From: Paraspadella gotoi
Taxonomy: Eukaryota > Animalia > Chaetognatha
DNA: 64,000 nucleotides
Assembly: GCA_051294375.1 (NCBI GenBank)
Contig: CM119267.1
Location: 5,128,883-5,192,882, forward strand
Direction of reading: 5' to 3'
The notes under the pieces are model-generated. The model was not told the origin of the DNA, made no database searches, and was given only the letters and a program-made list of their open reading frames with translations. Shown here in pieces: positions 1 through 12,648 of the stretch (position 1 is the first letter of the stretch; each line of letters begins with the position of its first letter). Position numbers and translations under genes: made by a program.

Positions 1-1471
1 AACTACTAATAAAGCATCCAGTCTGTATATTTATCAATTTCCCCCCTCCCGCGCCCACTTCTACTGTCTTCTGTCCCCTATCTATCTGTTAATCTCTCTA
101 TCTCTAATCTGTCTTCACATCTCTCCTCTCTTCACGGTCTCACCTCATCTCCATCTCATATCGTCACACCCCATCGATTTCTCTTCCTTCCTATGAAGCG
201 CAGGTGATCTGTTGTCGTCGTCGTCGTCGTCGTCGTTGCTGTTATCGCAAACGTGATCACTTTCGTTGTCATTATGAAAACGTATGCTTGACTTTTACAA
301 TACAGCTGCAGGAAACTTTTGTTTCGTTTTCGTTCCGTTTTTTGGAGAAACTCCGATGCGTAACTATTTATCCTCATCATTTTTGTATCCATAGAAACAT
401 GAAGTTCAGCCACTTGTAATAGTAACTCCAGCCTCCCAACTTTTATATTTATATTTAACAAAAAAGCGTTTGTCTATTTACTCCGCGACCCCTTCCGCCG
501 GGGATCAGCTGGCACCTCGGGTCCTGANNNNNNNNNNNNNNNNNNNNNNNNNNNNNNNNNNNNNNNNNNNNNNNNNNNNNNNNNNNNNNNNNNNNNNNNN
601 NNNNNNNNNNNNNNNNNNNNNNNNNNNNNNNNNNNNNNNNNNNNNNNNNNNNNNNNNNNNNNNNNNNNNNNNNNNNNNNNNNNNNNNNNNNNNNNNNNNN
701 NNNNNNNNNNNNNNNNNNNNNNNNNNNNNNNNNNNNNNNNNNNNNNNNNNNNNNNNGAAGAATCGCGAAGGAATTTGCTCTTTCGTTTTCTTACTTTTTT
801 TGTTTTGAAAAGAAACTTTTTTTTTCTCGAGAACTCTGTATAATTTTATGTGTTCGATTTGTAGCTTCAAATCTAGATCTTTTGTGTTTACAATTTCGGA
901 GAGTTGATGTNNNNNNNNNNNNNNNNNNNNNNNNNNNNNNNNNNNNNNNNNNNNNNNNNNNNNNNNNNNNNNNNNNNNNNNNNNNNNNNNNNNNNNNNNN
1001 NNNNNNNNNNNNNNNNNNNNNNNNNNNNNNNNNNNNNNNNNNNNNNNNNNNNNNNNNNNNNNNNNNNNNNNNNNNNNNNNNNNNNNNNNNNNNNNNNNNN
1101 NNNNNNNNNNNNNNNNNNNNNNNNNNNNNNNNNNNNNNNNNNNNNNNNNNNNNNNNNNNNNNNNNNNNNNNNAGAGAGACTCTCCTCGAGGCGACGAAAT
1201 TGCGATTCTTGACTTTTCTAAGAAATTGGGGTCAAAGGGTCGATTGGCGGGAGTAGAGCGCGTCGCCACGGGACGAAGGCACGCCACTCTTTCTCAACAA
1301 TGCCGCTCTCCTTTATCTCGATTCCGACGCCGTCGCGAGACGGGGCGTCACGTGATCGGCGCGGTCCATCAACGAACGATTATTGAAGGCGGAGATTCTA
1401 ATGTCGACGGTGGGACAAGTGGATTGAGGTCAGCTTGGGAGTGATGGGGAGTAAAGAGTAGAATTAAGGTT

Positions 1472-1478
1472 AAAAAAA
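1472..1478 (-). terminator. RNA polymerase III oligo-T terminator of the tRNA gene
   Basis: A T7 run starts 1 nt after the discriminator base on the minus strand. Confidence 0.75.
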
Positions 1479-1479
1479 G

Positions 1480-1552
1480 TACCCCTGGCGGGACTCGAAC
1501 CCGCAATCTTTGAATTAGAAGTCCAACGCCTTATCCATTAGGCCACAGGGGC
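1480..1552 (-). tRNA. tRNA-Arg-TCT: tRNA-Arg, anticodon TCT, intronless, 73 nt
   Basis: The minus strand reads GCCCCTG TGGCCTAATGGATAAGGC G TTGGA CT TCT AA TTCAA AGATT GCGGG TTCGAGT CCCGC CAGGGGT A. It has an acceptor stem (GCCCCTG/CAGGGGT), an A-box, an anticodon stem with a 7-nt loop, and a T-arm B-box (GGTTCGAGTCC). Confidence 0.96.
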
Positions 1553-2132
1553 TGGATGGAGGAATATAGACCGGGAGAAAAGATTTTTAAAGAGTTACTG
1601 TGAGGGAACGGGCAAATCGAAAAATGTTACGTTTTTAGTGACTGATTTACCAATTTATTTAACGTATTGACAAACACCGTCTTGATATAAAAAAGAAAAA
1701 TAAATAAATAAAAACTACGTTTATCTTACTCAGCTTTATCTTTNNNNNNNNNNNNNNNNNNNNNNNNNNNNNNNNNNNNNNNNNNNNNNNNNNNNNNNNN
1801 NNNNNNNNNNNNNNNNNNNNNNNNNNNNNNNNNNNNNNNNNNNNNNNNNNNNNNNNNNNNNNNNNNNNNNNNNNNNNNNNNNNNNNNNNNNNNNNNNNNN
1901 NNNNNNNNNNNNNNNNNNNNNNNNNNNNNNNNNNNNNNNNNNNNNNNNNNNNNNNNNNNNNNNNNNNNNNNNNNNNNAAAAAAGGAAAAGTAGAGAAAAG
2001 AAAAGTTGGAAAGACATTTCAGATTCAAGGTCTGAAGAAAATAAAAGTGGGAGAAGAAGAGAGAAAAAAAAGAGAAGAGGGGAGAACCAAGGAGGTTGGG
2101 GAAGATATTATCCTTCTTTCTCTCTCTCTCTG

Positions 2133-2173
<41 letters not shown>

Positions 2174-2647
2174 TTCTATTTTATCTGTTTTTCTCACTCT
2201 GTCTCTCTCTTTGTGACTATTTTATCTCTCTCTCACTCTCTCTCTCTCTCTTTTAATTACTTCCTCTCTCTATTTTATCTGTTTTTCTTACTCTCTCTCT
2301 TTGGTCTCTATTTTATTTCACCTCTCTCCTTTCTCTCTTACTCTTTCACTCTCCCTCACTCCCTCTCTCTCTCCCTGCCTCCCTCTCCCCTCTCTCTCCC
2401 TCTCACCAACCCGGCCGAGAGTTCGCATTTCGCGTCGATTTATCCTCGGCGTTTAGCGAGGGACGAGCACCGAATCGAGATGGCGCCTTTTTCGATTCAA
2501 AACTCTAGATGGCGTCGCAACGCGGAGACGCCAGGCGATGTCCTTACGAAGACACGAAGCTGTGACGCCATTACATGGTGACACCACGCCACGCAGTGCT
2601 TCTTGGGGATATGTTGTTCTAAAAATCACCGTCTGACATTAACATTA

Positions 2648-2870
2648 AAATATACGACTTTAAATAAATTCCGCCTGTTCTTTATCATTTTTATACAATC
2701 TTTACGATGCCGTTAAATTTATTGTCTCGGTCGTTTCTGTTATTATTGCCGTTGTTGTTGTTGTCGTTGTTGTTGTTGTCGTTATTTCTTAACTCGAGGG
2801 CGAAATCAATCGAGTCTTTTTCGCTTTAGGGTTTTTTTGGGTTCGAGAGGACTTGACAGGTGGTCGCAGC

Positions 2871-2928
<58 letters not shown>

Positions 2929-5900
2929 TTTTTTTCCCCTATAAGGCGGCCATGTTGTTGTCGTCGTCTTTCTCTTTGTTGTCGTTGTAGTTTCTCTGAG
3001 GTTGTGTTTTCGTAGTTTTTATTATTGTCGTTAGGGAAATAACCAGTGGGGAAAACGCCGGACCATTTTATTCGCTATTTCCTCCGAGACCAGGGGACGG
3101 TAAATCTCGTTTTCCCTCGGAGACCACCGTTGGAAGCCATTAGTGCCCACAGCTATGCTTTTGAGACCACAGTTCTAGTATTTTCGAGACCACGGCTCCG
3201 TTCTTGAAAAAGGGTTGGACTCACGAAAGGTAGCCGGATCGAGCCCCAGACGATTTCGAGTTTTTTTTTTCGGTTCGAAACATTAGTTATTCTTTTGTTT
3301 CCCCAAGAAGTTTCTCGTACCCTTAAATTCGCCTTTATTTCCGTTTGATTTCGTCCCCTAACGGCCGCGGCGCCAACCGGCGTCAACCGGCGCCGTCGGG
3401 CGTCGTTGTGCCTCTCGCGGCGCCGGTAACGACGACGACAATGACGACGATTCGCATTGGTGGTCGCGAAAGGAAGGAAAAAACCACGAGAAAAGCAAAA
3501 AAAAATTTTTCATACGTAAACATCGAAATCCCTGCGCGCCTCCCTCTGCCTCCTTTATACTGGATTTCCGAGAAATTCTAGCGGCGCTTTTGATTTAAAA
3601 TTCCAAAAGCGTTTTTCTTGGCGGGAAAAGGGAAAAAAAGAAAAGAAAAAAAAAGTGTTTCGGCGAATCTGAGGTGTATTCGCTTTTTTATTTGTTTTTT
3701 GTTTTCGTTTGTTTTCTTTTTTTAGTTTTTTTTTATGACCTGCTCGGTTCTTCTAAGACGACTGTTCTTATTTATCTTGAACATTTTATTAAATTCATTA
3801 AATCAAAATAATCGTAATGGTAGACTCGAAACAGAAGACGAGCGCAACACAGATAAAAGCTAACAGTTGTACAGTGTAGAAATACAGGTTTGTGTACCGA
3901 AACCAAGAAGATATTCTTTTTTTTAATTCAAAAGTAATAATAACAATTTCTCCGCTCGATAAAATTCCATCTAGGACGAAAAGGGCTAAATATTACCGGT
4001 ATTAAAAATAATCATTATCATCGTCTTTTGCATACTTTCCATACTAATATTCCCTCTCCTACAGTTCGCTTTTTTCCAACCCTGATTTTTTTTTCCAGAA
4101 ATTTTCATTCAAGCGCCGATAAAAAAAAAGGCGAAGGCCGACTTTCCTTCTCATCCATAAATCGATTCACTTCATTTCGTTCGTTTTTTATTCCTTTTAT
4201 CGCGCGACGCCGCCGCAGTCGGTGGAGGCAGCTGCAGCGGCGGCGGCGGCGGCATTCGGCGACGGAGCAGCGAGCCGCAGCGTTCAGGCTTACAACGACT
4301 GCGCGAAGAAACTGTGGAGGATTGGGACAGCGATGATCGATCTTGGTCCGATTCGGTGCCAGGGAATTTTAACGTGAACGTTGGGTTTTTCGTCGAGTGG
4401 CTGCAGCGAACTGACGAATTGTCAATAAACAGATTGACAAAGAACAGTTCCAAAATGTTAACCAAAAAGAAATATTCCGAGTAAAAGTGACGATGTCCTA
4501 GTTTCGATGGGAAAGAGGGAGGGAAAGAGAACCTCTTCTCCGGCCCTGGCATCCGGCGCCGATTCCAATGTTTTCGTGCGTCGTCGCGCTTTTGTCTCTT
4601 CTCTCTCTCTCTCATCTCTCTCTCTCTTCTCTTCTCTCTCTCTCTCTCTCTCTCTGCTCTCTCTCTCTACTCTTCTCTTCTCTCTCATATCTCGCTTCCG
4701 GCGTTCGCATTTATGTGGAATTCGACGCCAAACACATTTCGGCCTGCGTCCGTTTCTCGCGACTCCTCCATTTTTTTTAATGTTTTTTTTTTTTTTTAGT
4801 TTTTTTTTTTGATCGGCCGTTTTGTTTCCGGCTGCGTTTCATCCGTGTGGTTCTGACTTGTATTTTCGACAATTACCTTTTCTTCGTAATTCTAATTTCT
4901 AAGGACACCTTGGTATGAATTTCCAGCAGCGCTTCTCCCATTCCACCATTTTCTCATTATTTCCATCACCGTTACTCAATTTCCAGCAGCTGTATTTCAT
5001 TTTCCATCGGCGCCAACTCGTTTTCCCGCCCATTTTTCTTGCAATGACGCGTCTGAAACCTCGTAACTCCTCAACTCGTAACGCCCTCTGTAGACAAACT
5101 TCCATCGAAGGCGAATTCTTTTACGAGCGTCATCCAACTAAACAAACCCATGGTGACGCCTTGGGAGACAAAACGAATTTTTAGAAGCTTTTCTTCAGAA
5201 CTCGGTTATGTTTGAATCACTATAAGAAGAGTTATTATTATTCAACCAATCGTATTACTATGTAAGATTCTAAGTTTACAAAGTTTACTACGGTAAATAT
5301 AAAGTCAAGTTTCGTTTCTAAAATATTGACCGACTCTCCAATTCTTTCTCTTTCTCCAAATCTTCCATTTCATCTGACCCGAATACTACTCCTCTTCCTC
5401 TTCCCCCTCTTCCCCCTCTTATCATTCACCAGCCTCTTCTTCACTATTCTACTTCCNNNNNNNNNNNNNNNNNNNNNNNNNNNNNNNNNNNNNNNNNNNN
5501 NNNNNNNNNNNNNNNNNNNNNNNNNNNNNNNNNNNNNNNNNNNNNNNNNNNNNNNNNNNNNNNNNNNNNNNNNNNNNNNNNNNNNNNNNNNNNNNNNNNN
5601 NNNTTCTTCCTCTTCCCCCTCTTATTTTTTCTCACCCGAATCTCCACCAGGATTAGGAGATCCCTCGATTCTATCTCTCGGTCCCACCAATAATGACAAT
5701 TCCATAAATTCCGTCATTGTCATCACTCGCCACAATTGGCGACAATTCCATCAATTCCGTCATTGTCATCACGCGCCACCAATTCGCCAATAACGTCATC
5801 GTCACGTCACCAAACGCTTAAATTTTAACCTTTAACCCCGTTCTCCACCCTCTTTCCACCTAAATTCGTCCCTCCCTGCTCAATCCGCAGACGACGATTA

Positions 5901-6188
5901 ATTATCAAACTAACAATCTCCTCTCACCGTCGGAGGGAGAGAGAGAAGANNNNNNNNNNNNNNNNNNNNNNNNNNNNNNNNNNNNNNNNNNNNNNNNNNN
6001 NNNNNNNNNNNNNNNNNNNNNNNNNNNNNNNNNNNNNNNNNNNNNNNNNNNNNNNNNNNNNNNNNNNNNNNNNNNNNNNNNNNNNNNNNNNNNNNNNNNN
6101 NNNNNNNNNNNNNNNNNNNNNNNNNNNNNNNNNNNNNNNNNNNNNNNNNNNNNNNNNNNNNNNNNNNNNNNNNNNNNNNNNNNNNNNN

Positions 6189-6222
<34 letters not shown>

Positions 6223-7037
6223 AGGGAAGAAGGATGAGGTAAGATGGTTGAGTCAAGGAATACCGGATGTTGAAAATGGAATATCCGTATGTAACTGCGG
6301 ATGTTGTGGTTACGATTTTTTTTTCTTCAAATTTATTCTCCAGAGGAAGTGAAAAAAATAAATATTTTTCTTCGGGGAATCTGTTTTGAAATTTGAAGGC
6401 GAATACATTTTTCTGGATTTCTTTTTTTTTCGCGCGCGCGCGAGGCCCGATTGGATTGGACACGGATGGGGGCGTCGCTGAAGGCGGGGTTGTAGGGTCT
6501 CCGGGTCTCCGGTTCTCCGGGTCTCCAGAGTGAAATTATTTAAAGATATCAAATCAGAAAAAAACCGAATGGTGAGTCGAGGTAATAACTACGGAACAAT
6601 AAACATTAATACATTAAACATTTGGAATTGGTTCAAGCAATGTAAAAGTTTTTCAATCACTTAAAAAGGAGCCAAATTAAATTCTGACAGGCAATGTTCC
6701 CTTCGGTTCCAAATACAACAAAATATCATGGACTTTGCCAGACACTGCAAGTTTAAAATCGAGACAAACTCACCATTTAGTTTGTTTACTTTCTTATGAA
6801 TAAAGTGATATATATAATATAATTTCAATTGGATTAAAGGACCGTTCCGTATAAGAATCACTCTCAATATCAATCCCACTTGCAAAGATTGTCAAAATAT
6901 ATAACTAGTTGCAAACGCGAATTCCCCAAACCAAGCCGAGGAGAGTTCCTTAAACCGAGCAGCGTCGAACTTCCCAAACCAAGCAGCGGCGAATTCGTCG
7001 AACCAAGCAGCGACGCACCGGCGAATTCGTCGAACCA
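2648..7037 (+). repeat. Segmental repeat copy A (divergent version of the 7038 and 13149 copies)
   Basis: Collinear with 7038-11660 throughout, e.g. 'cgagggcgaaatcaatcgag', 'gggtctccgggtctccggttctccggg' and 'gcgaattcgtcgaacca'. It differs by many 1-bp indels and a few larger indels. Confidence 0.92.
6920..7037 (+). repeat. Degenerate 24-bp minisatellite (also at ~11545-11660 and ~17660-17775)
   Basis: Units such as 'cccaaaccaagcagcggcgaattc' and 'cttaaaccgagcagcgtcgaactt', about 4 copies. Confidence 0.75.
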
Positions 7038-7321
7038 TAAATACGACTTAAAAAGATTCGCCTGTTCTTTATCATCTTTATACAATCTTTACGATGCCGT
7101 TAAATTTAGTTGTCTCGGTCGTTTCTGTTTATTCTTGCGTTGTGTTGTTGTTGTTGTTGTTGTCCGTTGTTTGTCGTTATTTCTTAACTCGAGGGCGAAA
7201 TCAATCGAGTTCTCTTTTTCCTTAGGGTTTTTTTGGGTTTCGAGAGGACCTTGACAGGTGCTGTCGCAGGTCTTGTGAGTCGTGAGAGAGAGAGAGAGGA
7301 GAAATTAGAGAGATAGAGAGA

Positions 7322-7365
<44 letters not shown>

Positions 7366-9068
7366 AGATTAAAAAAGAGAGACGAGAAAGAGAGAGAAAG
7401 AGGAGCAGGAAAGAGAGAGAAGAGAGAGAAAGAGAGAGAAAGAGAGAAAGATGAGGAGAGAGAGATAATTTTTTTTCCCTTTTAAGGCGGCCATGTTGTT
7501 GTCGTCGTGCTCTCTCTTTGGTGTCGTTGTAGTTTCTCTGAGGGTTGTGTTTTCGTAGTTTTTATTATTGTCGTTAGGGAAATAACCGTGGTGAAAACGC
7601 CGGACCGATTTTATTCGCTATTTCCTCCGAGACCAGGGGACGGTAAATCTCGTTTTCCCTCGGAGACCACGTTGGAAGCCATTTAGTTGCCACAGCTATG
7701 CTTTTGAGACCACAGTTCTAGTATTTTCGAGACCACGCTCCGTTCTGAAAAAGGGTTGGACTTACGAAGCCGTAGCCGATCGAGCCCTTGACGAGTTCGG
7801 GTTTTTTTACGGTTCGAAAACATTAGTTGATTCATTTCTTTATTTTTGTTCCCAGAAGTTTCTCGTACCCCTTAAAATTCACCTTTATTTTCCGTTTGAT
7901 TTTCGTCCCCTAACGGCCGCGCGCAACCGGCGTCAACGGCGCCGTCGGGCGTCGTGCGCCTCTCGCGTTGCGTAACGACGGCGACAATGACGACGATTCG
8001 CGTTGGCGGTCGCGAAGGAAGGAAAAAAACCGCGAGAAAAGAAAATAAAAATTCTATACGTAACATCGAAATTCCCGGCGCGCCTCCCTCTGCCTCTTTA
8101 TACTGGATTCGATGAATTCTAGCGGCGACTTTTTATTTAAAATTCCAAAGCGTTGTCTTGCGGGAAAAGGGAAAAAAAGAAAAGAAAAAAAAAGTGTTTC
8201 GGCGAATCTGACGTGTATTCGCTTTTTTATTTGTTTTGTTTCAGTTGTTTTACTTTTTTTATTTTTTTTGACCTGCTCGGTATCTTCTAAGGCGACTGTT
8301 CTTATTATCTTGAACATTATTAAATTCATTAAATCAAAATAATCGTGCGGCAACACAGATAACAGCTAACAGTTTGTACTGTGTAGAAATACAGGTTTGT
8401 GTACCGAAACCAAGAAAGATATTTTTTTTTAATTCAAAAGTATTAAATAAACAATTTCTCCGCTCGATAAAATTTCCATCTAGCGACGAAAAAGGCTAAA
8501 CATTACCGGTATTAAAAATAATCATATCATCTCTTTTGCGATACTTTCCATACTAATATTCCCTCTCCTATAGTTCGCTTTTTTCCAACCTGATTTTTTT
8601 CCAGAAATTTTCATCAGCGCCGATAAAAAAAAAGGCGAAGCGACTTTCCTTCTTCATCCATAAACGATTCACTTCATTTCGTTTCGTTTTTTATTCCTTT
8701 ATCGCGCGACGCCCCGCAGTCGGTTGGAGGCGCTGCAGCGGCGGCGGCGGCGGCATCGCACGAGCAGCGAGCCGCAAGGCGTCAGGACTTACAAACGACT
8801 TGCGCGAAAACTGTGGAGATTGGGACAGCGATGATCGATTCTTGGTCCATTCGGTGCCAGGGAATTTTTAACGTGAACGTGGGTTTTTCGTCGAGTGGTG
8901 CAGCGAACTGACGAATTGTCAATAACAGATTGACAAAGAACAGTTCCCAAAATGTTAACCAAAAAAGAAATATTCGAGTAAAAGTGACGTGTCCTAGTTA
9001 TCGATGGGAAAGAGGAGGAAAGAGAACCTTCCCGCCTGGCATCCGGCGCCGATCAATTTTCGTCGGCG

Positions 9069-9108
<40 letters not shown>

Positions 9109-10209
9109 CTCTCTCTTCTCGTCTCTCTCTCTCTCTCTCTCTCTCGCTCTCTCTCTCTCTCTCGCGCGTCCGCGTTCGATTATGTGGAATTCGACGCAAA
9201 CAATTTCGGCCTCGCGTCCGTTTCTTCGCGACTCTCCATTTTTTAATGTTTTTTTTTTTTGGTTTTTTTTTTTGTCGGCCGTTTTGCTCCGGCTGCGTTT
9301 CATCCGTTGGTTCTGACTTGTATTTTGACAATTTACTTTTCTTCGTAATTCTAATTTCTAAGGACACTCGTATGAATTTCCAGCAGCTTCTCCCATTCCA
9401 CATTTTCTCATTATTTCCTCGCCGTTCTTTTTGAATTTCACAGCTGTATCCATTTTCCACGGCGCAACTCGTTTTCCCGCCCATTTTCTGCAATGACGCG
9501 TCTGAAACCTCGTAACTCCTCAACCGTAACGCCTCTTAGACAAACTTCATCGAAGCGAATTCTTTTACGAGCGTCATCCAACTAAACAAACCCATGGTGG
9601 ACGCCTTGGAGACAAAACGAATTTTTAGAAGCTTTTCTTCAGAACTCGGTTATGTTTGAATCACTATAAAGAGTTATTATATATTCACCAATCGTATTAC
9701 TATGTAAGATTCTAGTTTACAAAGTTTACTACGGTAAATATAAGGCAAGTTGGTTTCTAATTATTGACCACCTCTCCAATTCTCTTCTTTCTCCTAATCT
9801 TCCTTTATCTGACCCGAATACTACTTCCTCCAGCCTCTTTCACCTTATTCCTCTTCCCCCTTTCCTTTTCCCTCACTCTCTTTCTCCTCTTCTCTTTCCC
9901 CTCTTCCCCTTCCTCTTTCAATTCTCTTCCCTTTTCCTTTTCCCTTCAACTTCCTTTTCCTCTTCCCCTTTCCTCTCCTCTTCCCCCTTCCCTTCCCTTT
10001 CTCTTCCTCTTACCCCTATTCCCTTCCCTTACTCTTACTCTTCCTTCCTCCTATCCCCATCCCCATCTCCTCTTCCCTTCGCTTCTCTTCACCTTCCCTT
10101 CCCTTCCTCTTCCCCTTTCCTTCCTCTTCTTCCTCTTCCTCTATTTTTTCTCACCCGAATCTCACCAGGATTAGAGATCCTCGATTCTATCTCTCGTCCA
10201 ACCACCTAA

Positions 10210-10345
10210 TGACAATTCCCTCAATTCCGTCATTGTCATCACTCGCCACAATTGGTGACAATTCCTCATTCCGTCATTTCATCACTCGCCACAATTGGTG
10301 ACAATTCCATTAATTCCGTCATTCATCACGCCACCCAATTCGCCA
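10210..10345 (+). repeat. ~46-bp minisatellite, 3 units (2 units at 5694-5790; 3 units at 16321-16456)
   Basis: Repeated unit 'tgacaattccntcaattccgtcattgtcatcactcgccacaattgg'. Confidence 0.85.
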
Positions 10346-10615
10346 ATAACGTCATCGTCACGTCACAAAACGCGTAAATTTTAATCTTTAACCCCGTTTC
10401 CACCCTTTCCACCTAAATTCGTCCCTCCTTTCCTAAGCCCTTACCCTCTCTCACTCCCTCACCAATCTCTATCCCCGCAGTCTTGGATCTGATGAGTTCC
10501 CCCTTCCGCCCCTCAGGCCCCCTCCACCGCCCTTCGAATGTTGACGAGATTTCGCTTGATAATACGACTTTTCTTTCAACACTAAATCTCCTCTTCAACC
10601 GTGGAGGGAGAGAGA

Positions 10616-10702
<87 letters not shown>

Positions 10703-11349
10703 AGGAAGAAGGATGAGGTAAAGATGGTTGAGTCAAGGAATACCGGATTTTGAAAATGGAATATCCGTATGTAACTGCGGATGTGTGTTACGATTTTTTT
10801 CTTCAATATTCTCCAGAGGAAGTGAAAAAAATAAATATTTTTCTTCGGGGAATTGTTTGAAATTTGAAGGCGAATACATTTTTCTGGATTTCTTTTTTTT
10901 TCCGCGCGCGCGCGAGCCCGATTGGATTGGACACGGATGGGGGGCGTCGCGTGAAGACGGGTTGTAGGGTCTCCGGGTCTCCGGTTCTCCGGGTCTCCCA
11001 GAGTGAAATTATCTAAAATATCAAATCAGAAAAAAAACCGAATGGTGATCAGGTAATAACTACGAACAATAAACATTAATACATTAAAATTTGGAATTGG
11101 TTCAGCAATGTAAAAGTTTTTTCAATCACTTTAAAAGGAGCAAATGAAATTCTGACAGCAATGGTCCCTCCCGTTCCAAATACAACAAAATATCATGGAC
11201 TTTGGCCAGACACTGCAAGTTTAAAATCGAGACAAAATCACCATTTAGTTTGTTTACTTCCTTATGAATAAAGTGATATATATAATTGTTTAAATTTTAA
11301 TTAATAATTTATTTAATTAACTGTTTTTTTTTCTCTCTATTTTATGTTT

Positions 11350-11445
11350 TTGCTTAGACTTGTCTGTCTTTGTTTGTTTGTTTTGTTGATGATGATTGTT
11401 ACTGAATCAACCTCGTTGTATTCGAATAAAAATCGCATATAAATA
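11350..11445 (-). repeat. Short (~100 bp) interspersed repeat fragment, also at ~17465-17560 (-), ~35860-35945 (+) and ~40855-40945 (+)
   Basis: The reverse complement 'gcgatttttattcgaatacaacgaggttgattcagtaacaatcatcatcaac...aagtctaagc' matches 'gcgattttattcgaatacaacaaggttgattcagtacaatcatcatcaac...aagtctgagc' at 40868-40941. Confidence 0.8.
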
Positions 11446-11959
11446 TAATTTCAATTGGATTAAAGGACCGTTCCGTTAAGAATCACTTTCAATATCAATC
11501 ACACTTGGCAAGTTGAAAGATTGTCAAAATATATAACTAGTGCAACGCGAATTCCCCAACCGAGCCATGAGACTTCCTAACGAGCAGCGTCGAACTTCCC
11601 AAACCAAGCAGCGGCGAATTCTTCGAACAAGCAGCGACGCAGCGGCGAATTCGTCGAACCAATCTCTCTCTCTTTTTTCTCTCTCTCTCTCTCTCTCCCC
11701 TCTCCCCTCTCCCCTCTTCTCTCTCTCTCTCTTTTTTTCTCTCTATCTCTCTCTCTCTCTCTCCACTTCTCTCTCTCTCTCTCTCTCTCTCGCAGGATCC
11801 GAGNNNNNNNNNNNNNNNNNNNNNNNNNCCACGGCGAAATCGATCGCCCGATCCGCAAGCGAAAGGCGCCCTCGCCTCGTAATCGCGCTTTGGAATTAGA
11901 TTTTTTTTTTATGACCGGCATTAAAACCGGTAATGAACAGAAGAGCGGACAAGCGAGCG

Positions 11960-12310
11960 CCCATTGGTTCGCCTTCTTGGTCACGTGACCGAGAAATAGC
12001 CAATCGGTGCTCGTGGTGGATTTTTTTCTTTTAAAACTCGTTTCGCTTACCCTTCTCCACCCTGGCGGTTTGAGTCAATCGGCTGTCACCATTCACTCCC
12101 TAGCGGGCTCAGCCAATCGGCGCTCACTCTTCCTACGTCAGAGTCTGAGAAAATCGGAATTTGAACTCACACTTGGAGTGTAAGCCAATTGTTTTTTTTT
12201 TTTAACACTTTTCGTTCACACTCCTCCACCCTCAGCCAATGGGCGTCCCTTTCTCACCTACCTTTGCGGTCTGAGCCAATCGGAGAAAGGACCGATTTGA
12301 GACTCCGCCC
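11960..12310. promoter_or_regulatory. Dense CCAAT-box (NF-Y-type) cluster with E-box palindrome and GC box; duplicated at ~18050-18400
   Basis: ATTGG at 11963; AGCCAAT with CCAAT at 12000, 12113, 12185, 12236 and 12276; GGTCACGTGACC palindrome at 11979-11990; TACGTCA at ~12134; CCGCCC at 12305. No transcript is identified. Confidence 0.4.
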
Positions 12311-12353
12311 TTAATCCAGTGCGGTCTTACCTCGGGGGCCAAGGTGGCCAGGC

Positions 12354-12401
<48 letters not shown>

Positions 12402-12648
12402 CTCTCCTCTCTCTCTCCTCTTCTCATCGTCCGAATATATGCTACCGTATCATTTTCGCAATGTTTATGATCGAATTAAAACTCGTATATCAGTTGGGAA
12501 TTGTCCTTTATTGCTGGGAAACCGCCGTGTAGATATCTCTGGGCGTCTTAAACCGACTCGAGGAGGGAGGGGAGCGAGAGAGAGAGAGCTAGAGAGAGAG
12601 AGGAGAGAGGAAGGAGAAGGAGATGAAATGACCTCGTAAAATTCCGTC

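Larger units (their letters stand above)
7038..12420 (+). repeat. Segmental repeat copy B
   Basis: Starts 'taaatacgacttaaaaagattcgcc'. Near-identical to 13149 onward at offset 6111; ORF-track pairs 7872/13983, 8930/15041 and 9764/15875 are identical. Confidence 0.95.

Noticed and set aside
6880-7254. ORF with an 8-aa repeat (EFPKPSRG/EFLKPSSV/ELPKPSSG)
   Set aside because: It comes from a 24-bp minisatellite, spans the copy A/B junction, and the frame is not kept in copies B and C.
10488-10560. CTGATGAG hammerhead-like core (also ~16600; CTGATGA at 35320 and 56470)
   Set aside because: No stem II followed by GAAA and no closing stems.
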